This document shows, piece after piece, positions 1 through 10,877 of a stretch of 64,000 nucleotides of DNA (positions are counted from its first letter, which is position 1; every line of letters starts with the position of its first letter). The notes under the pieces were generated by a model. That model worked only from the letters and a program-made list of their open reading frames with translations. It searched no databases and was not told where the DNA came from. The translations under genes and the position numbers were made by a program. The DNA comes from a candidate division FCPU426 bacterium. GTDB taxonomy: Bacteria; Oederibacteriota; Muellerivitia; Muellerivitales; Muellerivitaceae. The stretch spans positions 1,088,001 through 1,152,000 of the forward strand of contig CAWCKJ010000004.1 of NCBI GenBank assembly GCA_963796105.1, written 5' to 3'.

Positions 1-35
1 TGATCTTCCTGAAGCGGGAGAGGGAGGAAGTAACC

Positions 36-734
36 ATGCAGTTTCAAAAATCAGTAACGGGCAGGCAACCCCATATGGCTGGAAAATCTTTCATCACGAC
101 CCTTGATATATTCAAGAAGGTCCCCTCCTCCCAGATGGCCGATATCGAGAAAAAAATGCTGGAGCGGAAGTTCGCCAAGGGTGAATCCATCTTCCTGGAA
201 GGTGATCCCGCGGAGTATGTCTGGTTCGTCAAGGAAGGGCACGTCAAATCCGTCATCCACACCGCCAACGGAAGGGACCTCACGCTTTGCATGGTGGGGG
301 CGAGCAGTATGTTCGGGACCTGCTGTTGCTTCGGTGGGGGAGAGTATCCCTGCCACAGCATCGCCGAGACCGAGACCACGGTAGTGGCTTTTCCGATCCA
401 GGAATTCTTAGGCCTATTGGAAAAATATCCCGAGGTGTCCAAAGCCATCGTCCACCACCTGTCCGCACGCTTGCGCCAGGCCAAGGACATGCAGACTTTC
501 GACCAGGAGAGCGTGGAAAAAAGAATCCTCCATATCCTCACCAACCTGGTGGCCGAGTTCGGCAACACCATTCCCTTGACCCGCAGGGAAATCGCCGAGA
601 TGACAGGAACCACAGTGGAAACCTGCATCAGGACCTTCTCGGGTTTGGAAAAGGAAGGACTGGTTTACAGCTCGAGGGGAAAGATCACTGTCAAGAACGT
701 GCAGGACTTGATCGATAGGCAGGAAGAGCTTTAA
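36..734 (+). CDS. Crp/Fnr family transcriptional regulator
   Basis: cNMP-binding-like N-terminus (KGESIFLEGDPAEYVWFVKEGHVK) and Crp-type HTH (LTRREIAEMTGTTVETCIRTFSGLEKEGLV). Purine-rich RBS before ATG 36; alternative start at 75. Confidence 0.93.
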   Translation: MQFQKSVTGRQPHMAGKSFITTLDIFKKVPSSQMADIEKKMLERKFAKGESIFLEGDPAEYVWFVKEGHVKSVIHTANGRDLTLCMVGASSMFGTCCCFGGGEYPCHSIAETETTVVAFPIQEFLGLLEKYPEVSKAIVHHLSARLRQAKDMQTFDQESVEKRILHILTNLVAEFGNTIPLTRREIAEMTGTTVETCIRTFSGLEKEGLVYSSRGKITVKNVQDLIDRQEEL

Positions 735-771
735 TTTATAGTAGACCCATCAAAAAACGAGACTCAACCTG

Positions 772-805
772 AAACCCGGCGAAAAAATCCTCCGGGTTTT
801 TTTAT
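772..805. terminator. Probable intrinsic terminator between convergent crp and copA
   Basis: AAACCCGG...CCGGGTTT stem followed by a T-run. Confidence 0.6.
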
Positions 806-823
806 TGTCCGATTGCAACGGTT

Positions 824-3040
824 TTATTGGTTAAATTTCTTACTGTAAAGCCTCAATGCATTCAGGACCACTGTAATGGAAGAGAGCGACATGGCCAGAG
901 CGGCCAGGGAGGGTGGAACCCGCGTAAAAATGGCCAGGGGCAGGGCCAACAGGTTGTAGCCGAATGCCCAGAAAAGGTTCTGGCGGATAACGGCGAAGGT
1001 GGCCCTGGATATCCGGATGGCCTCAATCACCTTCGAGAGGTTTCCTTGAACCAGGATGATATCCCCGGCCTCCTTGGCGGCGTCGGTTCCAGTCCCCATG
1101 GCGATCCCCAAATCCGCGGCCGCCAGGGCCGGCGCGTCATTGTAACCGTCCCCCACCATGGCAACGCTATGACCCTGGGCTTGGAGGGAACGCACGTAAT
1201 CCAGTTTGTCCGCGGGGCCCACGTTGGCTTTTGATTGGTCCACACCTATCCGTTCGGCCAAGCGGGAAGCCACCACTTCGCCGTCGCCGGTGAGGATGTG
1301 GGTTTGAAGGCCCAAGCCTCTCAGCTTTTGGACGACCTCCCGGCCATCCGCCTTGGGAGGATCCTCCAGGACGAAAATGGCGGCGATTTTTCCCTCCAGG
1401 GCCATGAGGGAAACAGTCTGGCCCGCCTGCCGGTGGGCCTCGATGTTGGCCCGGACCCGAGGGGAGGGAACAATGCCCTCCAAGGATTCCACGAAGGCTT
1501 TCGTGCCGATGGCCACCTGGTGCCCCTCCACGATCCCCTGGATTCCGGCTCCCGGTGTTTCAACCATTCTTTCCGTGGCGGGGGGATGGAGGCTCAAAAC
1601 CATGGCTTCCTTCAAGATGGCCGAGGCCAGGGGATGATTGCTTCCCAATTCCAGGGCCGCAGCGTACCGGAGAAGTTTATCCTCCCGGATACCGTCGAAA
1701 ACGATCAAGTCCACCAGCCTGGGTTTTCCCTCGGTCAGGGTGCCGGTTTTGTCGAATACGATGCTGTCGATTTTCAGGGATTTTTCGAGGACTTCCGACC
1801 GGCGGATCAGGATACCCCTTTTCGCGGCCAGCCCGATTCCCGCGATCAAGGCGATGGGTGTAGCAAGGCCTAGCGCGCAGGGACAGGCGATCACAAGGAC
1901 CGCGACCGCGTGTTGGACGCCCACCGAAATCGGTTGGTCGCCCATGAAAACCCAGCCAGCGCATGTTAAAAAAGCAATCCATAGCACCAGGGGAACAAAA
2001 ATAGCGGCGGCTTTATCGGCGGATTTTTGTATGGGAGCCTTGGAACCTTGGGCGTCCTCCACCAGCCGGATGATCTGGGCAAGGGTTGTTTGCTCGCCCA
2101 CCGACCGTGCCTTGAGAAGAAGGGTTGCCTGGCCGTTGAGGGTGCCGGTAAAAACCTTGTCACCCGGTCTCTTTTCCACCGGGGCTGACTCCCCTGTCAA
2201 AAAAGACTCGTCCACCTGCCCTTTACCCTCCAGGATATCCCCGTCCACTGGGATGGACTCCCCTGGTCTCACGCAGAGGGTGTCGCCCAGTCCCACCATT
2301 TCCACCGGGACATCCATTTGGCGGTTATCCTTGAGGATATGGGCCGTATTGGGGCTTAGATTCATCAGGAGTTCCAGGGCCCTGTTGGCCCTCCTTTTGG
2401 AGAGGGTCTCCAGATACCGTCCCAGTGTGACAAAGAAGATGATGAGGGCGGAGGCGTCAAAATAAAGCGCATGTGTCTGCCATAAGACGGCGGCCAAGGA
2501 AGCCATAAAGGCGATGGTGGATCCCAGGGAAACCAGGGTGTCCATGGTTAATTCCCTCAATTTCATTCCACGGAGGGCGGCTTCGTGGAAGGGCAAACCC
2601 ACCAGCAAGTAAACCGGTGCCGCCAGGGCCAATTGGACCCAAGGAGACAGGGGGAAGGGCCCCAGGCCCATCAGGAGGTGTTGGAAGAAAAAAGGAAGGA
2701 CTAGTAAGCTCCCCAGGACCAGCCGCCATCGAAGGCGGTTTTGATCCGTTTGAAAGAATTGGGAAGTGGATTCCCGTGGAAGGAAAGGTTTGGCCGTATA
2801 ACCCGCTTTTTCAACTGCTGTTTGAAGGGAAGGCAGCCCCTTGAATCCTGGTCCCAACCGGACGTAGGCCTTTTCAGAGGCGAAATTGACGGTAGCGGTT
2901 TCCACTCCCGGCACCTGATTGAGTCTACCCTCAATTCGGGAGGCGCAGGAGGCGCAGGTCATACCCTCTACCGAGAGGATGACAGAACGGTCAGGAATAT
3001 CTTGGGATTCTTCCTGCTGTGGCAATGTCGCGGTTGTCAT
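824..3040 (-). CDS. copA: Copper-translocating P1B-type ATPase
   Basis: N-terminal HMA motif [43 protein letters not shown], and YN / MSLSS transmembrane motifs. Confidence 0.95.
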   Translation of the reverse strand: MTTATLPQQEESQDIPDRSVILSVEGMTCASCASRIEGRLNQVPGVETATVNFASEKAYVRLGPGFKGLPSLQTAVEKAGYTAKPFLPRESTSQFFQTDQNRLRWRLVLGSLLVLPFFFQHLLMGLGPFPLSPWVQLALAAPVYLLVGLPFHEAALRGMKLRELTMDTLVSLGSTIAFMASLAAVLWQTHALYFDASALIIFFVTLGRYLETLSKRRANRALELLMNLSPNTAHILKDNRQMDVPVEMVGLGDTLCVRPGESIPVDGDILEGKGQVDESFLTGESAPVEKRPGDKVFTGTLNGQATLLLKARSVGEQTTLAQIIRLVEDAQGSKAPIQKSADKAAAIFVPLVLWIAFLTCAGWVFMGDQPISVGVQHAVAVLVIACPCALGLATPIALIAGIGLAAKRGILIRRSEVLEKSLKIDSIVFDKTGTLTEGKPRLVDLIVFDGIREDKLLRYAAALELGSNHPLASAILKEAMVLSLHPPATERMVETPGAGIQGIVEGHQVAIGTKAFVESLEGIVPSPRVRANIEAHRQAGQTVSLMALEGKIAAIFVLEDPPKADGREVVQKLRGLGLQTHILTGDGEVVASRLAERIGVDQSKANVGPADKLDYVRSLQAQGHSVAMVGDGYNDAPALAAADLGIAMGTGTDAAKEAGDIILVQGNLSKVIEAIRISRATFAVIRQNLFWAFGYNLLALPLAIFTRVPPSLAALAMSLSSITVVLNALRLYSKKFNQ

Positions 3041-3062
3041 GTTGGACCCTGAAATGTAATTT

Positions 3063-3192
3063 GTAACCTCTGAAAAAGTCGGCTATCTCCTCCTTTTTCA
3101 GAAAAACATCTATGGAAACCCCCGATTTCCTGCGGAAATCTTTGGGGTCGAAACCTCTGTTGGCCGCTTTTAAATAGTTTTTCAGAGGTTTC
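3063..3192. mobile_element. MITE copy 1 (130 bp)
   Basis: TIRs GTAACCTCTGAAAAA / TTTTTCAGAGGTTTC (14/15 match). 5-bp direct repeat AATTT at 3058-3062 and 3193-3197. Homologous to 21080-21331. Confidence 0.85.
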
Positions 3193-3196
3193 AATT

Positions 3197-3409
3197 TTAT
3201 GTAAAAAGACTGGCTTTATAGCCTTCCTGCTCAAGTGCCTGGATGACGGCCGCCTGTTCCAGGGTGCTTTTGTGGGTCACAATGGCTTTCTTTGAAGCCA
3301 AAAGGACCTCGACCTTCTCGATCCCCGAGAGGGAAGCCAAAGTTTTTTGGATGGTATGAACGCAATGGTTGCAGGTCATTCCCTCAATTTTGAACTGGGT
3401 CTGAGGCAT
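3197..3409 (-). CDS. copZ: Heavy-metal-associated (HMA) copper chaperone
   Basis: 70 aa with a GMTCNHC motif, upstream of copA on the same strand. Confidence 0.9.
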   Translation of the reverse strand: MPQTQFKIEGMTCNHCVHTIQKTLASLSGIEKVEVLLASKKAIVTHKSTLEQAAVIQALEQEGYKASLFT

Positions 3410-3476
3410 TGAATCTCCCGGGGTTTTAATCTTATGAATTTACCATAAGCTTGTTTTAAGTGAAATTAAAGCTCTG

Positions 3477-4462
3477 TATGCTTATGCACAAAGTGACCGT
3501 GCTGTAATGGGTTTTGCTAAGGCACATGCGGTCAAAGCACGGTGAAATAAGGAATCGGGATCATGACGACGGTTGAACCGATAGGCATATTCACTTAGAT
3601 ACCGGCCTAAATACTTAGCATCAACGCCATGATGAGTTCCAATGATCCAGGCCTTGGCGTTGGAAATGAACCGGTGTACCCAGGGCAACCAACTTTCCAA
3701 CTCTTTCGGGTCATTGGCCATCACCCGGTAGTCTGCCTCCACTCCTTTGAGTTCACGCAAGGCTGGCGAAGCATCTGTGTTGAGGAAAGAGCCTTTTTCC
3801 ATAGTCTGATTCACGAATTCCTGGCTCTCCCACTTGGTTTCCATAGCTACCTTCACCTTGGCAAAACCCGCTTTTTCCTTCTTGCAACCATTCTCATCCA
3901 CCCATTCCTTGCTTTCCACCGCCACCAAGACTTCCACTTGGTTTTCCTTGGCCTTTTTCCCAAAAACCGCCCCATCCAACTCAATGACGCCCTTTAGAGT
4001 ATAGCTTTCGTCCTTTTGCCTAAGACCTTCCCGGATCTTATGCAATAGAAGCCATGCCGAATGATCCGAAAGATTTAAATGCCGCTTCAGTTCCAGGGCC
4101 GAAATACCCCGTTTGCCCTGCATCATCAAACTGATGGCCCTGACCCAGGTTAAAAGAGGCAGCTTGGAGCTTTCAAAAATCGTCCCGGCGCGAAGCCGAA
4201 GACGTTTCCGGCAATAGTCACATTCCCTCACTTCAGGCTTGGCCTGGTGTTGCCAGAAGCTTTCGCCCTCACATTGGGGACAAACAAAGTCTTTCCCGCC
4301 GAAACGGCATCTCCACACCCATTGGCGGGCTTCTTCTTCCGTGTGGATTTTCCTCAGAATTTTAATGCTTTTCATCCGCTGGTAGCTCATGTACCACCTC
4401 CCGTAGCGGACAGTATACCTATGTATTCCTTTATTTCAAGGGTCACTTAATACAGAAGCATG
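3477..4462 (-). mobile_element. IS1595-family insertion sequence (986 bp)
   Basis: Imperfect 22-bp TIRs (TATGCTTATGCACAAAGTGACC vs CATGCTTCTGTATTAAGTGACC, 17/22). 8-bp TSD AAGCTCTG at 3469-3476 and 4463-4470. Confidence 0.92.
3482..4390 (-). CDS. IS1595-family transposase
   Basis: Zn ribbon (CPQC...CDYC), AGTIFESSKLPL, IELDG, TD, HHGV...YLSEYAYRFNRR. Confidence 0.95.
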   Translation of the reverse strand: MSYQRMKSIKILRKIHTEEEARQWVWRCRFGGKDFVCPQCEGESFWQHQAKPEVRECDYCRKRLRLRAGTIFESSKLPLLTWVRAISLMMQGKRGISALELKRHLNLSDHSAWLLLHKIREGLRQKDESYTLKGVIELDGAVFGKKAKENQVEVLVAVESKEWVDENGCKKEKAGFAKVKVAMETKWESQEFVNQTMEKGSFLNTDASPALRELKGVEADYRVMANDPKELESWLPWVHRFISNAKAWIIGTHHGVDAKYLGRYLSEYAYRFNRRHDPDSLFHRALTACALAKPITARSLCA

Positions 4463-4656
4463 AAGCTCTGCCTTGCCTTTGCATTCTTTCTTAACTTTGA
4501 TTTTATAAACCCCCAAGAACTTGAACTTAGGTTTTCCTTTTATTTTCAAGGTTTTATTAGGGTTGCAATGCTAAAGGGGCACAGCCCATAATAGTTGGCT
4601 CTTAGAAACCACTCAGGAGGAATTTCCCTACTTTTTTTAATTTTATGGAGGAAATC

Positions 4657-6663
4657 ATGACGGCTGCCCCCGAGCGATTGAACCTAGTTCAGAAGATCAT
4701 TCAAACCCATCTTTTCACAGGGAAACCTCTAGCTGGCGAGGAAATCGGCCTCAAAATCGACCAAACCCTCACCCAAGACGCCACCGGAACCATGGCCTAC
4801 CTTCAATTTGAGGCCATGGGGATTCCCCGGGTCCAAACCAAGTTTTCCGTCTCTTATGTCGACCATAATATGCTCCAAACCGGCTTTGAGAACGCCGATG
4901 ACCACCGCTACCTCCAATCCGTAGCCTCCAAATACGGTATTTACTTCTCCAGGCCCGGAAACGGCATCTGCCACCAGGTCCACTTGGAACGGTTCGCGGT
5001 TCCCGGCCAGACCCTATTGGGATCGGATTCCCATACCCCCACTTGCGGGGGCCTGGGAATGATAGCCATCGGGGCGGGCGGCTTGGACGTGGCAGTGGCC
5101 ATGGGAGGGGGTCCCTTCTTCATGACCATGCCCAAGGTCCTCAAGGTGGAACTCAAGGGAAAGCTCAAACCCTGGGTGACTGCCAAGGACATTATTCTTC
5201 AGGTCCTGCGAAAGCTGACGGTCAAAGGCGGGGTCGGCAGGATCCTGGAATATACCGGGCCGGGAGTCAAGAGCCTATCCGCCACCGAAAGGGCCACCAT
5301 CACCAATATGGGCGCCGAATTGGGAGCCACCACCTCGGTTTTTCCCTCGGATGAGGCCACCCGCGAGTATATGAAGGCGCAAGGCAGGGGAAAGGATTGG
5401 ACCCCCTTGGAAGCCGATCCAGGCGCCTCCTATGACGAGGAACTGGTGATCGACCTGGATAAACTGGAGCCCCTCACCGCCCAACCCCACAGCCCGGATA
5501 ACGTCATCGAGGTCTCCAAGCTCAAGAACGTGGAGGTCCAACAGGTATGCGTGGGAAGCTGTACCAACAGCTCCTACAGGGACCTCATGAGCGTGGCTCG
5601 GATGCTCAAAGGGCGCCATATCCATCCTGGGGTTTCCATGACGGTCACGCCCGGCTCCAAGCAGGTCTTTGAAATGATCGCGAAAAACGGGGCCCTGGCC
5701 GATATCATCTCCTCCGGCGCCCGCATCATCGAGTCGGCCTGCGGACCCTGCATCGGAATGGGGCAGGCCCCCACCTCGGGCGGCGTGTCCATCCGAAGTT
5801 TCAACCGCAATTTCGAGGGAAGATCCGGCACTCGGGACGCGAAGGTGTACCTGGCTTCCCCTGAGACCTGCGTGGCCTGCGCCTTGGAGGGCAAAATCAC
5901 CGATCCATCCAAGCTCGGCAAGGCCCCGAAGGTTGAGGTGCCTGAAAAATTCGCCCTCGACGACGAAGGGATCATTCCTCCAGCCAAGGATCCAAAGAAA
6001 GTGGAGATCCTGCGGGGGCCCAACATCAAGCCCCTTCCCATCAAGGAACCCCTGGGGGAAACTATGACCGGACCCCTTTTGTTGAAAGTGGGGGACAACG
6101 TCACCACCGACCATATCATGCCCGCAGGGTCCAAGGTCCTACCGTTGCGCTCCAATATTCCCGCCATATCGGAATATGTGTTCAACATCATCGACCCGAC
6201 CTTTCCCAAACGAGCCCGCGAGGCCAACGGGGGTTTCGTGGTGGGAGGGGAAAACTACGGACAAGGATCTTCCCGTGAGCACGCGGCCCTGGCTCCCATG
6301 TACCTAGGGCTCAAGGCCGTCATCGCTAGGAGTTTCGCCCGCATCCACCGCGCGAATTTGATCAATTTCGGCATCTTGCCCATGACATTCGTGTCGCCCG
6401 AGGATTACGACACTCTCTCTCAGGCCGACATGCTGGAGATTCCGGATTTGGCCATGGTGATCAAGGTGGACCATCCTTTTCCGTTAAAGGACCTCAACAC
6501 TGGCAAGTCCATCCAGGTGGTGCACGGCCTCACCCTGAGACAAAAGGACATCATCTTGGCCGGGGGGCTTCTAAATTACACTAAGCAAAAAACCGTCCAG
6601 GAATCGGCGGCCGCCTCAAAGCCGAAGGCTCCTAAAAAGACGAAGGGAAAAACCGGGAAGTAG
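4657..6663 (+). CDS. acnA: Aconitate hydratase (short bacterial/archaeal type)
   Basis: TQDATGT, DHN, GNGICHQ, GSDSHT, GSCTNSS, CGPCIG, FNRNFEGR, TTDHI, NYGQGSSREHAA. Start set at the ATG after GGAGG. Confidence 0.93.
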   Translation: MTAAPERLNLVQKIIQTHLFTGKPLAGEEIGLKIDQTLTQDATGTMAYLQFEAMGIPRVQTKFSVSYVDHNMLQTGFENADDHRYLQSVASKYGIYFSRPGNGICHQVHLERFAVPGQTLLGSDSHTPTCGGLGMIAIGAGGLDVAVAMGGGPFFMTMPKVLKVELKGKLKPWVTAKDIILQVLRKLTVKGGVGRILEYTGPGVKSLSATERATITNMGAELGATTSVFPSDEATREYMKAQGRGKDWTPLEADPGASYDEELVIDLDKLEPLTAQPHSPDNVIEVSKLKNVEVQQVCVGSCTNSSYRDLMSVARMLKGRHIHPGVSMTVTPGSKQVFEMIAKNGALADIISSGARIIESACGPCIGMGQAPTSGGVSIRSFNRNFEGRSGTRDAKVYLASPETCVACALEGKITDPSKLGKAPKVEVPEKFALDDEGIIPPAKDPKKVEILRGPNIKPLPIKEPLGETMTGPLLLKVGDNVTTDHIMPAGSKVLPLRSNIPAISEYVFNIIDPTFPKRAREANGGFVVGGENYGQGSSREHAALAPMYLGLKAVIARSFARIHRANLINFGILPMTFVSPEDYDTLSQADMLEIPDLAMVIKVDHPFPLKDLNTGKSIQVVHGLTLRQKDIILAGGLLNYTKQKTVQESAAASKPKAPKKTKGKTGK

Positions 6664-6680
6664 AACCTCTTTTAATCCCA

Positions 6681-6710
6681 AGCCCCGTCCTACAGGGCGG
6701 GGCTTTTTTT
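6681..6710 (+). terminator. Intrinsic terminator after aconitase
   Basis: AGCCCCGTCC-TACA-GGGCGGGGCT followed by a T-run. Confidence 0.85.
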
Positions 6711-6734
6711 ATAGGAATAGCGGGAGCCGAAGAC

Positions 6735-7520
6735 ATGAGTGATCGAAAAGCCGACTATCACGAAACCATTCGGGACCCATTCACGCAAAAGGCTGATGAT
6801 TACGCCAGGATGATCTCCGGAAACGCCAGCGACCAGTCGCTGAGAATTCTTTTGGAGAGGCTTCCCATTTCCCGCGCGGACGCTGTCTTGGATGCGGCCT
6901 GCGGTCCCGGACTCTTGGCGGCCGCCCTCGCGGGAGTCGCGGGCCGCGTCATCGGAATCGACTTGACGCCCGAAATGATCTTGAAGGCCCGGGAACTCCA
7001 AGCCCAGAAGGGCTTGGCGAACCTCGAATGGGTGGTGGGGGACGCGACGAAACTGCCTTTTCAGGACGGCTGTTTCGAGTGGGTGGTGTCACGATTTTCA
7101 TTGCACCATTTCCAAAAACCCGTGGCCCTCGTAAAGGAAATGATGCGCGTCTTAAAACCCAACGGAGGACTTGCCGTCATTGACCCGGCGACGAAGGAAG
7201 AGAACAATGAGGCTTTCAACTTCATGGAAAAACTCCGCGATCCCTCCCATGTTAGGGCCCTGACGGTTTCCGAGCTTCGGGACCTGGGAAAAAAGATAAA
7301 ACTAAGGAACATCAGTCTGGATTTCTATGGCCTGGAGATGGAATTGGAGAGCCAATTAACGGCCTCCCGCTCACAACCGGGAAATATTGAAAAAATCCGT
7401 GAACTATTTAATGAAAACCTCCGATTCGATAAACTGGGGGTTCAGGCGAGGCTGGCGGGAGGATTGATCTATTTCAATTATCCCGTGGCTGTTTTAACGG
7501 GTTTCAAGGAAATTAAATAA
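6735..7520 (+). CDS. Class I SAM-dependent methyltransferase
   Basis: VLDAACGPG motif I, GIDLT, GDATKLPFQDGCFE, EMMRVLKPNG. Confidence 0.9.
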   Translation: MSDRKADYHETIRDPFTQKADDYARMISGNASDQSLRILLERLPISRADAVLDAACGPGLLAAALAGVAGRVIGIDLTPEMILKARELQAQKGLANLEWVVGDATKLPFQDGCFEWVVSRFSLHHFQKPVALVKEMMRVLKPNGGLAVIDPATKEENNEAFNFMEKLRDPSHVRALTVSELRDLGKKIKLRNISLDFYGLEMELESQLTASRSQPGNIEKIRELFNENLRFDKLGVQARLAGGLIYFNYPVAVLTGFKEIK

Positions 7521-7555
7521 ACCCTTTTGGATTTAAAGCATACGCGAGGTTATTC

Positions 7556-7777
7556 ATGGAAGGCCAGCCTTCAAGCGCGCAACCCGGAGCCAACCCGAAA
7601 CAGGAAATGAATATCGATATCTCAGCCCGCAAACCTGGGGAAAATCTCCTTTATACAGGACCCCATCTTTGCGTGACCTGCGCCGATGAAAACAGGATCG
7701 TGAACCGTTATTTCAAGGCGGGAGAGAAGGCCCCTGAATGCGACCAATGCGGCTCCCGCGCTCGATGGGAGCCTTGA
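7556..7777 (+). CDS. Small hypothetical Zn-ribbon-like protein
   Basis: 73 aa with CVTC and CDQC pairs; GAGG RBS upstream. Confidence 0.65.
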   Translation: MEGQPSSAQPGANPKQEMNIDISARKPGENLLYTGPHLCVTCADENRIVNRYFKAGEKAPECDQCGSRARWEP

Positions 7778-7931
7778 GAATGATATTGCTGGGGCCGTTA
7801 GGTTAAACGCCCTACTTATAATGGGCTGGCAAAGTTCCATTGGGGTTGCCAAACGCACCGCTTTTTGAAGATAATAACCAAGTTTTAAGTATTTAGATGT
7901 TTTGCCTATGATACGTTTTCAAAGGAATGGA

Positions 7932-8864
7932 ATGGCTCACGATTTCACCATAACTTTCCGGGGGGTCCGGGGAAGCATCCCGGTGCCCGGTCCGACCACG
8001 CTTAAAATCGGGGGCAATACCTCTTGCGTGCAAGTGAATGCCCTGGATCACACCATCTTCCTGGACGCCGGAACGGGCATCGTCAGCGCGGGCCAGCAAA
8101 TGGTGCGGAACTTTTTCGCCAACCGCGACAAGATGCGGCGATTAAACACCACCATCCTGATCTCCCACACCCACCACGACCATCTCATGGGGCTCCCCTT
8201 TTTCCCGCCCCTCTTTATTGGCGACTCTTCCTTGTCCATTTACGGACCCTCGAATTACGCCCCCGTCAACAGTCCGAATGGAATGAAATACACCCTGGAA
8301 ATGCTGATGGACTCCATGTTTTTCCCCATCGACCTGATGGAAACAGGCTCCATGAAGAGAATCGAGACCCTGAGGCCCTTTGACCAGATCCTCCTGGCGA
8401 AAGGTTCAGAGCCGGAATTGGCGAACCTCCAGACCGAGATCAAGACCACCTTCAAGGATAAGATCATCGTCAGCCAATACCGAGCCTACAACCACCCTAA
8501 GAACGGAACCTTGGTTTATAAGCTGCAATACGGGGGAAAATCAATCGTTTATGCCACTGACATCGAGGCTTACGCGGAAGGCGACCGCCGGCTCATTCAA
8601 TTCGCCCGGGGGGCGGATATGCTCATCCATGACGCCCAATACACCTTGGAGCAATACACCGGGCCCGTTCCCACCCAGGGATTCGGACACTCCACCGCGG
8701 AAATGGCCTGCCAGGTGGCGCGGGAGGCGGGTGTGAAGCAGCTGGTTCTTTACCACCATGATCCCAACCACGACGATGCGGCCGTTCTCCAGAAGGAAGA
8801 AAACGCCAAGAAGCTTTTTCCCAACACCTTGGCGGCTTTCGAGGGTTTGGTCCTGCTCGTTTGA
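7932..8864 (+). CDS. MBL-fold metallo-hydrolase
   Basis: GVRGSIP, GGNTSC, LDAGTG, SHTHHDH, HP, ATD, HDAQY, GHS, HHDP. Confidence 0.9.
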   Translation: MAHDFTITFRGVRGSIPVPGPTTLKIGGNTSCVQVNALDHTIFLDAGTGIVSAGQQMVRNFFANRDKMRRLNTTILISHTHHDHLMGLPFFPPLFIGDSSLSIYGPSNYAPVNSPNGMKYTLEMLMDSMFFPIDLMETGSMKRIETLRPFDQILLAKGSEPELANLQTEIKTTFKDKIIVSQYRAYNHPKNGTLVYKLQYGGKSIVYATDIEAYAEGDRRLIQFARGADMLIHDAQYTLEQYTGPVPTQGFGHSTAEMACQVAREAGVKQLVLYHHDPNHDDAAVLQKEENAKKLFPNTLAAFEGLVLLV

Positions 8865-9001
8865 TACCGGGGCCGTTCAAATCCTGGTTTTTCCGAATCT
8901 GCCCCTCATTCTAATCCGCTTGTTTTTTAAATCAGGAAACCCTTCATTTATGCGTTGTTTTTAAGGCCGTTAAATAGGAATCAACAGGGATGAAAAACCG
9001 A

Positions 9002-9691
9002 TTAATTCGCCTTGAATCTTTTGATTTTGTTTCCGAGGTCGTTGAGTTCTTCCTCAGTTGGTTCCGGCGTTGGGGATTGCAAAACCTCCAGCTGGTTGAA
9101 AAAATCGAATAGAACCGACCAAAGCTCCTCTTTTGAGAATTTTTCAAGGTTCAGGAAATAACGGAGGTAGAGTTGAAAGCGCACGCTTGTTTCGTACAGG
9201 ACCGTAAAAGAAATTCCAGCCAAGTCGGCGCTGACCAGGGGAAAGGCCCGGAGGATCACTTCCACCTCGTCGAGGATCTTTTTCAAAAGGACGCGGATGT
9301 CCAAAGCTTGGATGGCGTCGTAATAAACCGTGTCAAAATGGTCATGCGTGAGCTCCGGGCGGATCAAGGCGTCGTACTTGCGGAAAGTTTCCTGGAAAGA
9401 CTTGCCCCCTTCCTTAATCTCCGACACTAAACCATCCAGGCGGGCCAGGTGGGAGATGAAATTGGTCCGGTCCAATTCCAGCGTGGAAGCCAGCTCGTTG
9501 ATATATTGGATGTATTCATAGGATCCCCGGGCGCATTTCAAGAGGGCTGGGGCCATTTCCGAGGCTGTTTCCGGCTGTGCGCCGCCCTTTTGGAGGCGGT
9601 TTTCCACCTGGCCCAGGAAATCCCCGCCGGGTTTCCAGCTTTTGAAGCTTTCCATTAATTGTTCGGCGGTGATTTCGTTCATAGCCACCAC
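9002..9691 (-). CDS. Hypothetical all-alpha protein
   Basis: 229-aa ORF filling the gap between neighbours, with plausible composition and no recognised motif. Confidence 0.7.
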   Translation of the reverse strand: MVAMNEITAEQLMESFKSWKPGGDFLGQVENRLQKGGAQPETASEMAPALLKCARGSYEYIQYINELASTLELDRTNFISHLARLDGLVSEIKEGGKSFQETFRKYDALIRPELTHDHFDTVYYDAIQALDIRVLLKKILDEVEVILRAFPLVSADLAGISFTVLYETSVRFQLYLRYFLNLEKFSKEELWSVLFDFFNQLEVLQSPTPEPTEEELNDLGNKIKRFKAN

Positions 9692-9873
9692 CTTATCACC
9701 AAATCGGTTTTAAGAAAACGCTTCTCTCCTGGAAAGAGCGGGGAGCGAAGGACAGGGTAGGGTTTCCGGGGGTAACTTCCGGTTTCGTAGACATCAACTT
9801 GGGCTTTGGGTAGACTACTCGCGCTCGAAGCGGGATGAATCAACCGCCAAAATTTAAATGTGGGGGAGGATAT

Positions 9874-10815
9874 ATGTCGTCACAACGTCCGAAAATCACA
9901 GTCGTGGGAGCCGGCAACGTTGGAGCTTCATGCGCCGCCTGGATGGCCGAGAGGGACCTGGGCGACATTGTCCTGCTGGATATTCCAGCCGCCAAGGACA
10001 TGCCCAAGGGCAAGGCTTTGGATCTTTTGCAGGTGGGCCCCATATCCGGCTATAACTCGCGCTTGACCGGGACCACCGATTACGCCGATACGGCCCAGTC
10101 GGATATCTGCGTCATCACAGCGGGCGTGCCCAGAAAGCCTGGGATGAGCCGGGAGGACCTCGTGGCGGTCAACCAGGGCATCGTGACCGAGGTGGCCAAG
10201 AAGCTTACCGAGATATCGCCTGACACCATCCTGATCGTGGTGACGAATCCGCTGGACACCATGTGCTACACGGCCCTCAAGGCCTCGGGGCTCCACAAAC
10301 ACCGGGTCTTGGGCCAGGCGGGGGTTTTGGACTCGGCCCGGATGAAGGCCTTTCTGGCGCAAGCCGCCGGCGTGGCCGTGGAAAGCGTAAATGCCGCCGT
10401 CATCGGGGGGCACGGCGACGAAATGGTTCCTTTAGCCCGTTACTCCACCATCGGGGGCGTCCCAATCTCCCATTTCCTGAAGCCCGAGCAGGTCACCGCC
10501 ATCATGGACCGCACGAGAAAAGGCGGAGGGGAACTCGTCAGCCTGCTGGGGGTCAGCGCATGGTACGCGCCGGGCGCCGCGGCTGGTTCCATGGTGGAAG
10601 CCATATTGCGGGACAAAAAATTAGTGGCTCCCTGCTCGGCCTACCTGGAGGGGGAATACGGCCTGAAAGACATGTTTTTCGGCGTTTACTGCGTCCTGGG
10701 CCGCAAGGGGCTGGAGAGAATCCTGGAGATCCCGCTGGATGAGGAGGAGAAGAAAATGGTCGAGAAATCGGCCTCCCTCATCCGCGACACCATGAAGGTG
10801 CTTAAGAATATTTAA
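9874..10815 (+). CDS. mdh: Malate dehydrogenase (LDH-like)
   Basis: GAGNVG, TAGVPRKPGMSREDL, VTNPLD, GVLDSAR, GGHGD. GGAGG precedes ATG 9874. Confidence 0.95.
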   Translation: MSSQRPKITVVGAGNVGASCAAWMAERDLGDIVLLDIPAAKDMPKGKALDLLQVGPISGYNSRLTGTTDYADTAQSDICVITAGVPRKPGMSREDLVAVNQGIVTEVAKKLTEISPDTILIVVTNPLDTMCYTALKASGLHKHRVLGQAGVLDSARMKAFLAQAAGVAVESVNAAVIGGHGDEMVPLARYSTIGGVPISHFLKPEQVTAIMDRTRKGGGELVSLLGVSAWYAPGAAAGSMVEAILRDKKLVAPCSAYLEGEYGLKDMFFGVYCVLGRKGLERILEIPLDEEEKKMVEKSASLIRDTMKVLKNI

Positions 10816-10877
10816 AACGAATAATGAACAATAGGTTTTAATTTAACCCGTAAATTCAGGGATGAAATATTTTTTAT

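Noticed and set aside
2991..3234. Small ORFs 2991-3194 and 3037-3234, and similar ORFs at 20928-21685
   Set aside because: Their mutual similarity comes from translating the MITE, not from real genes.
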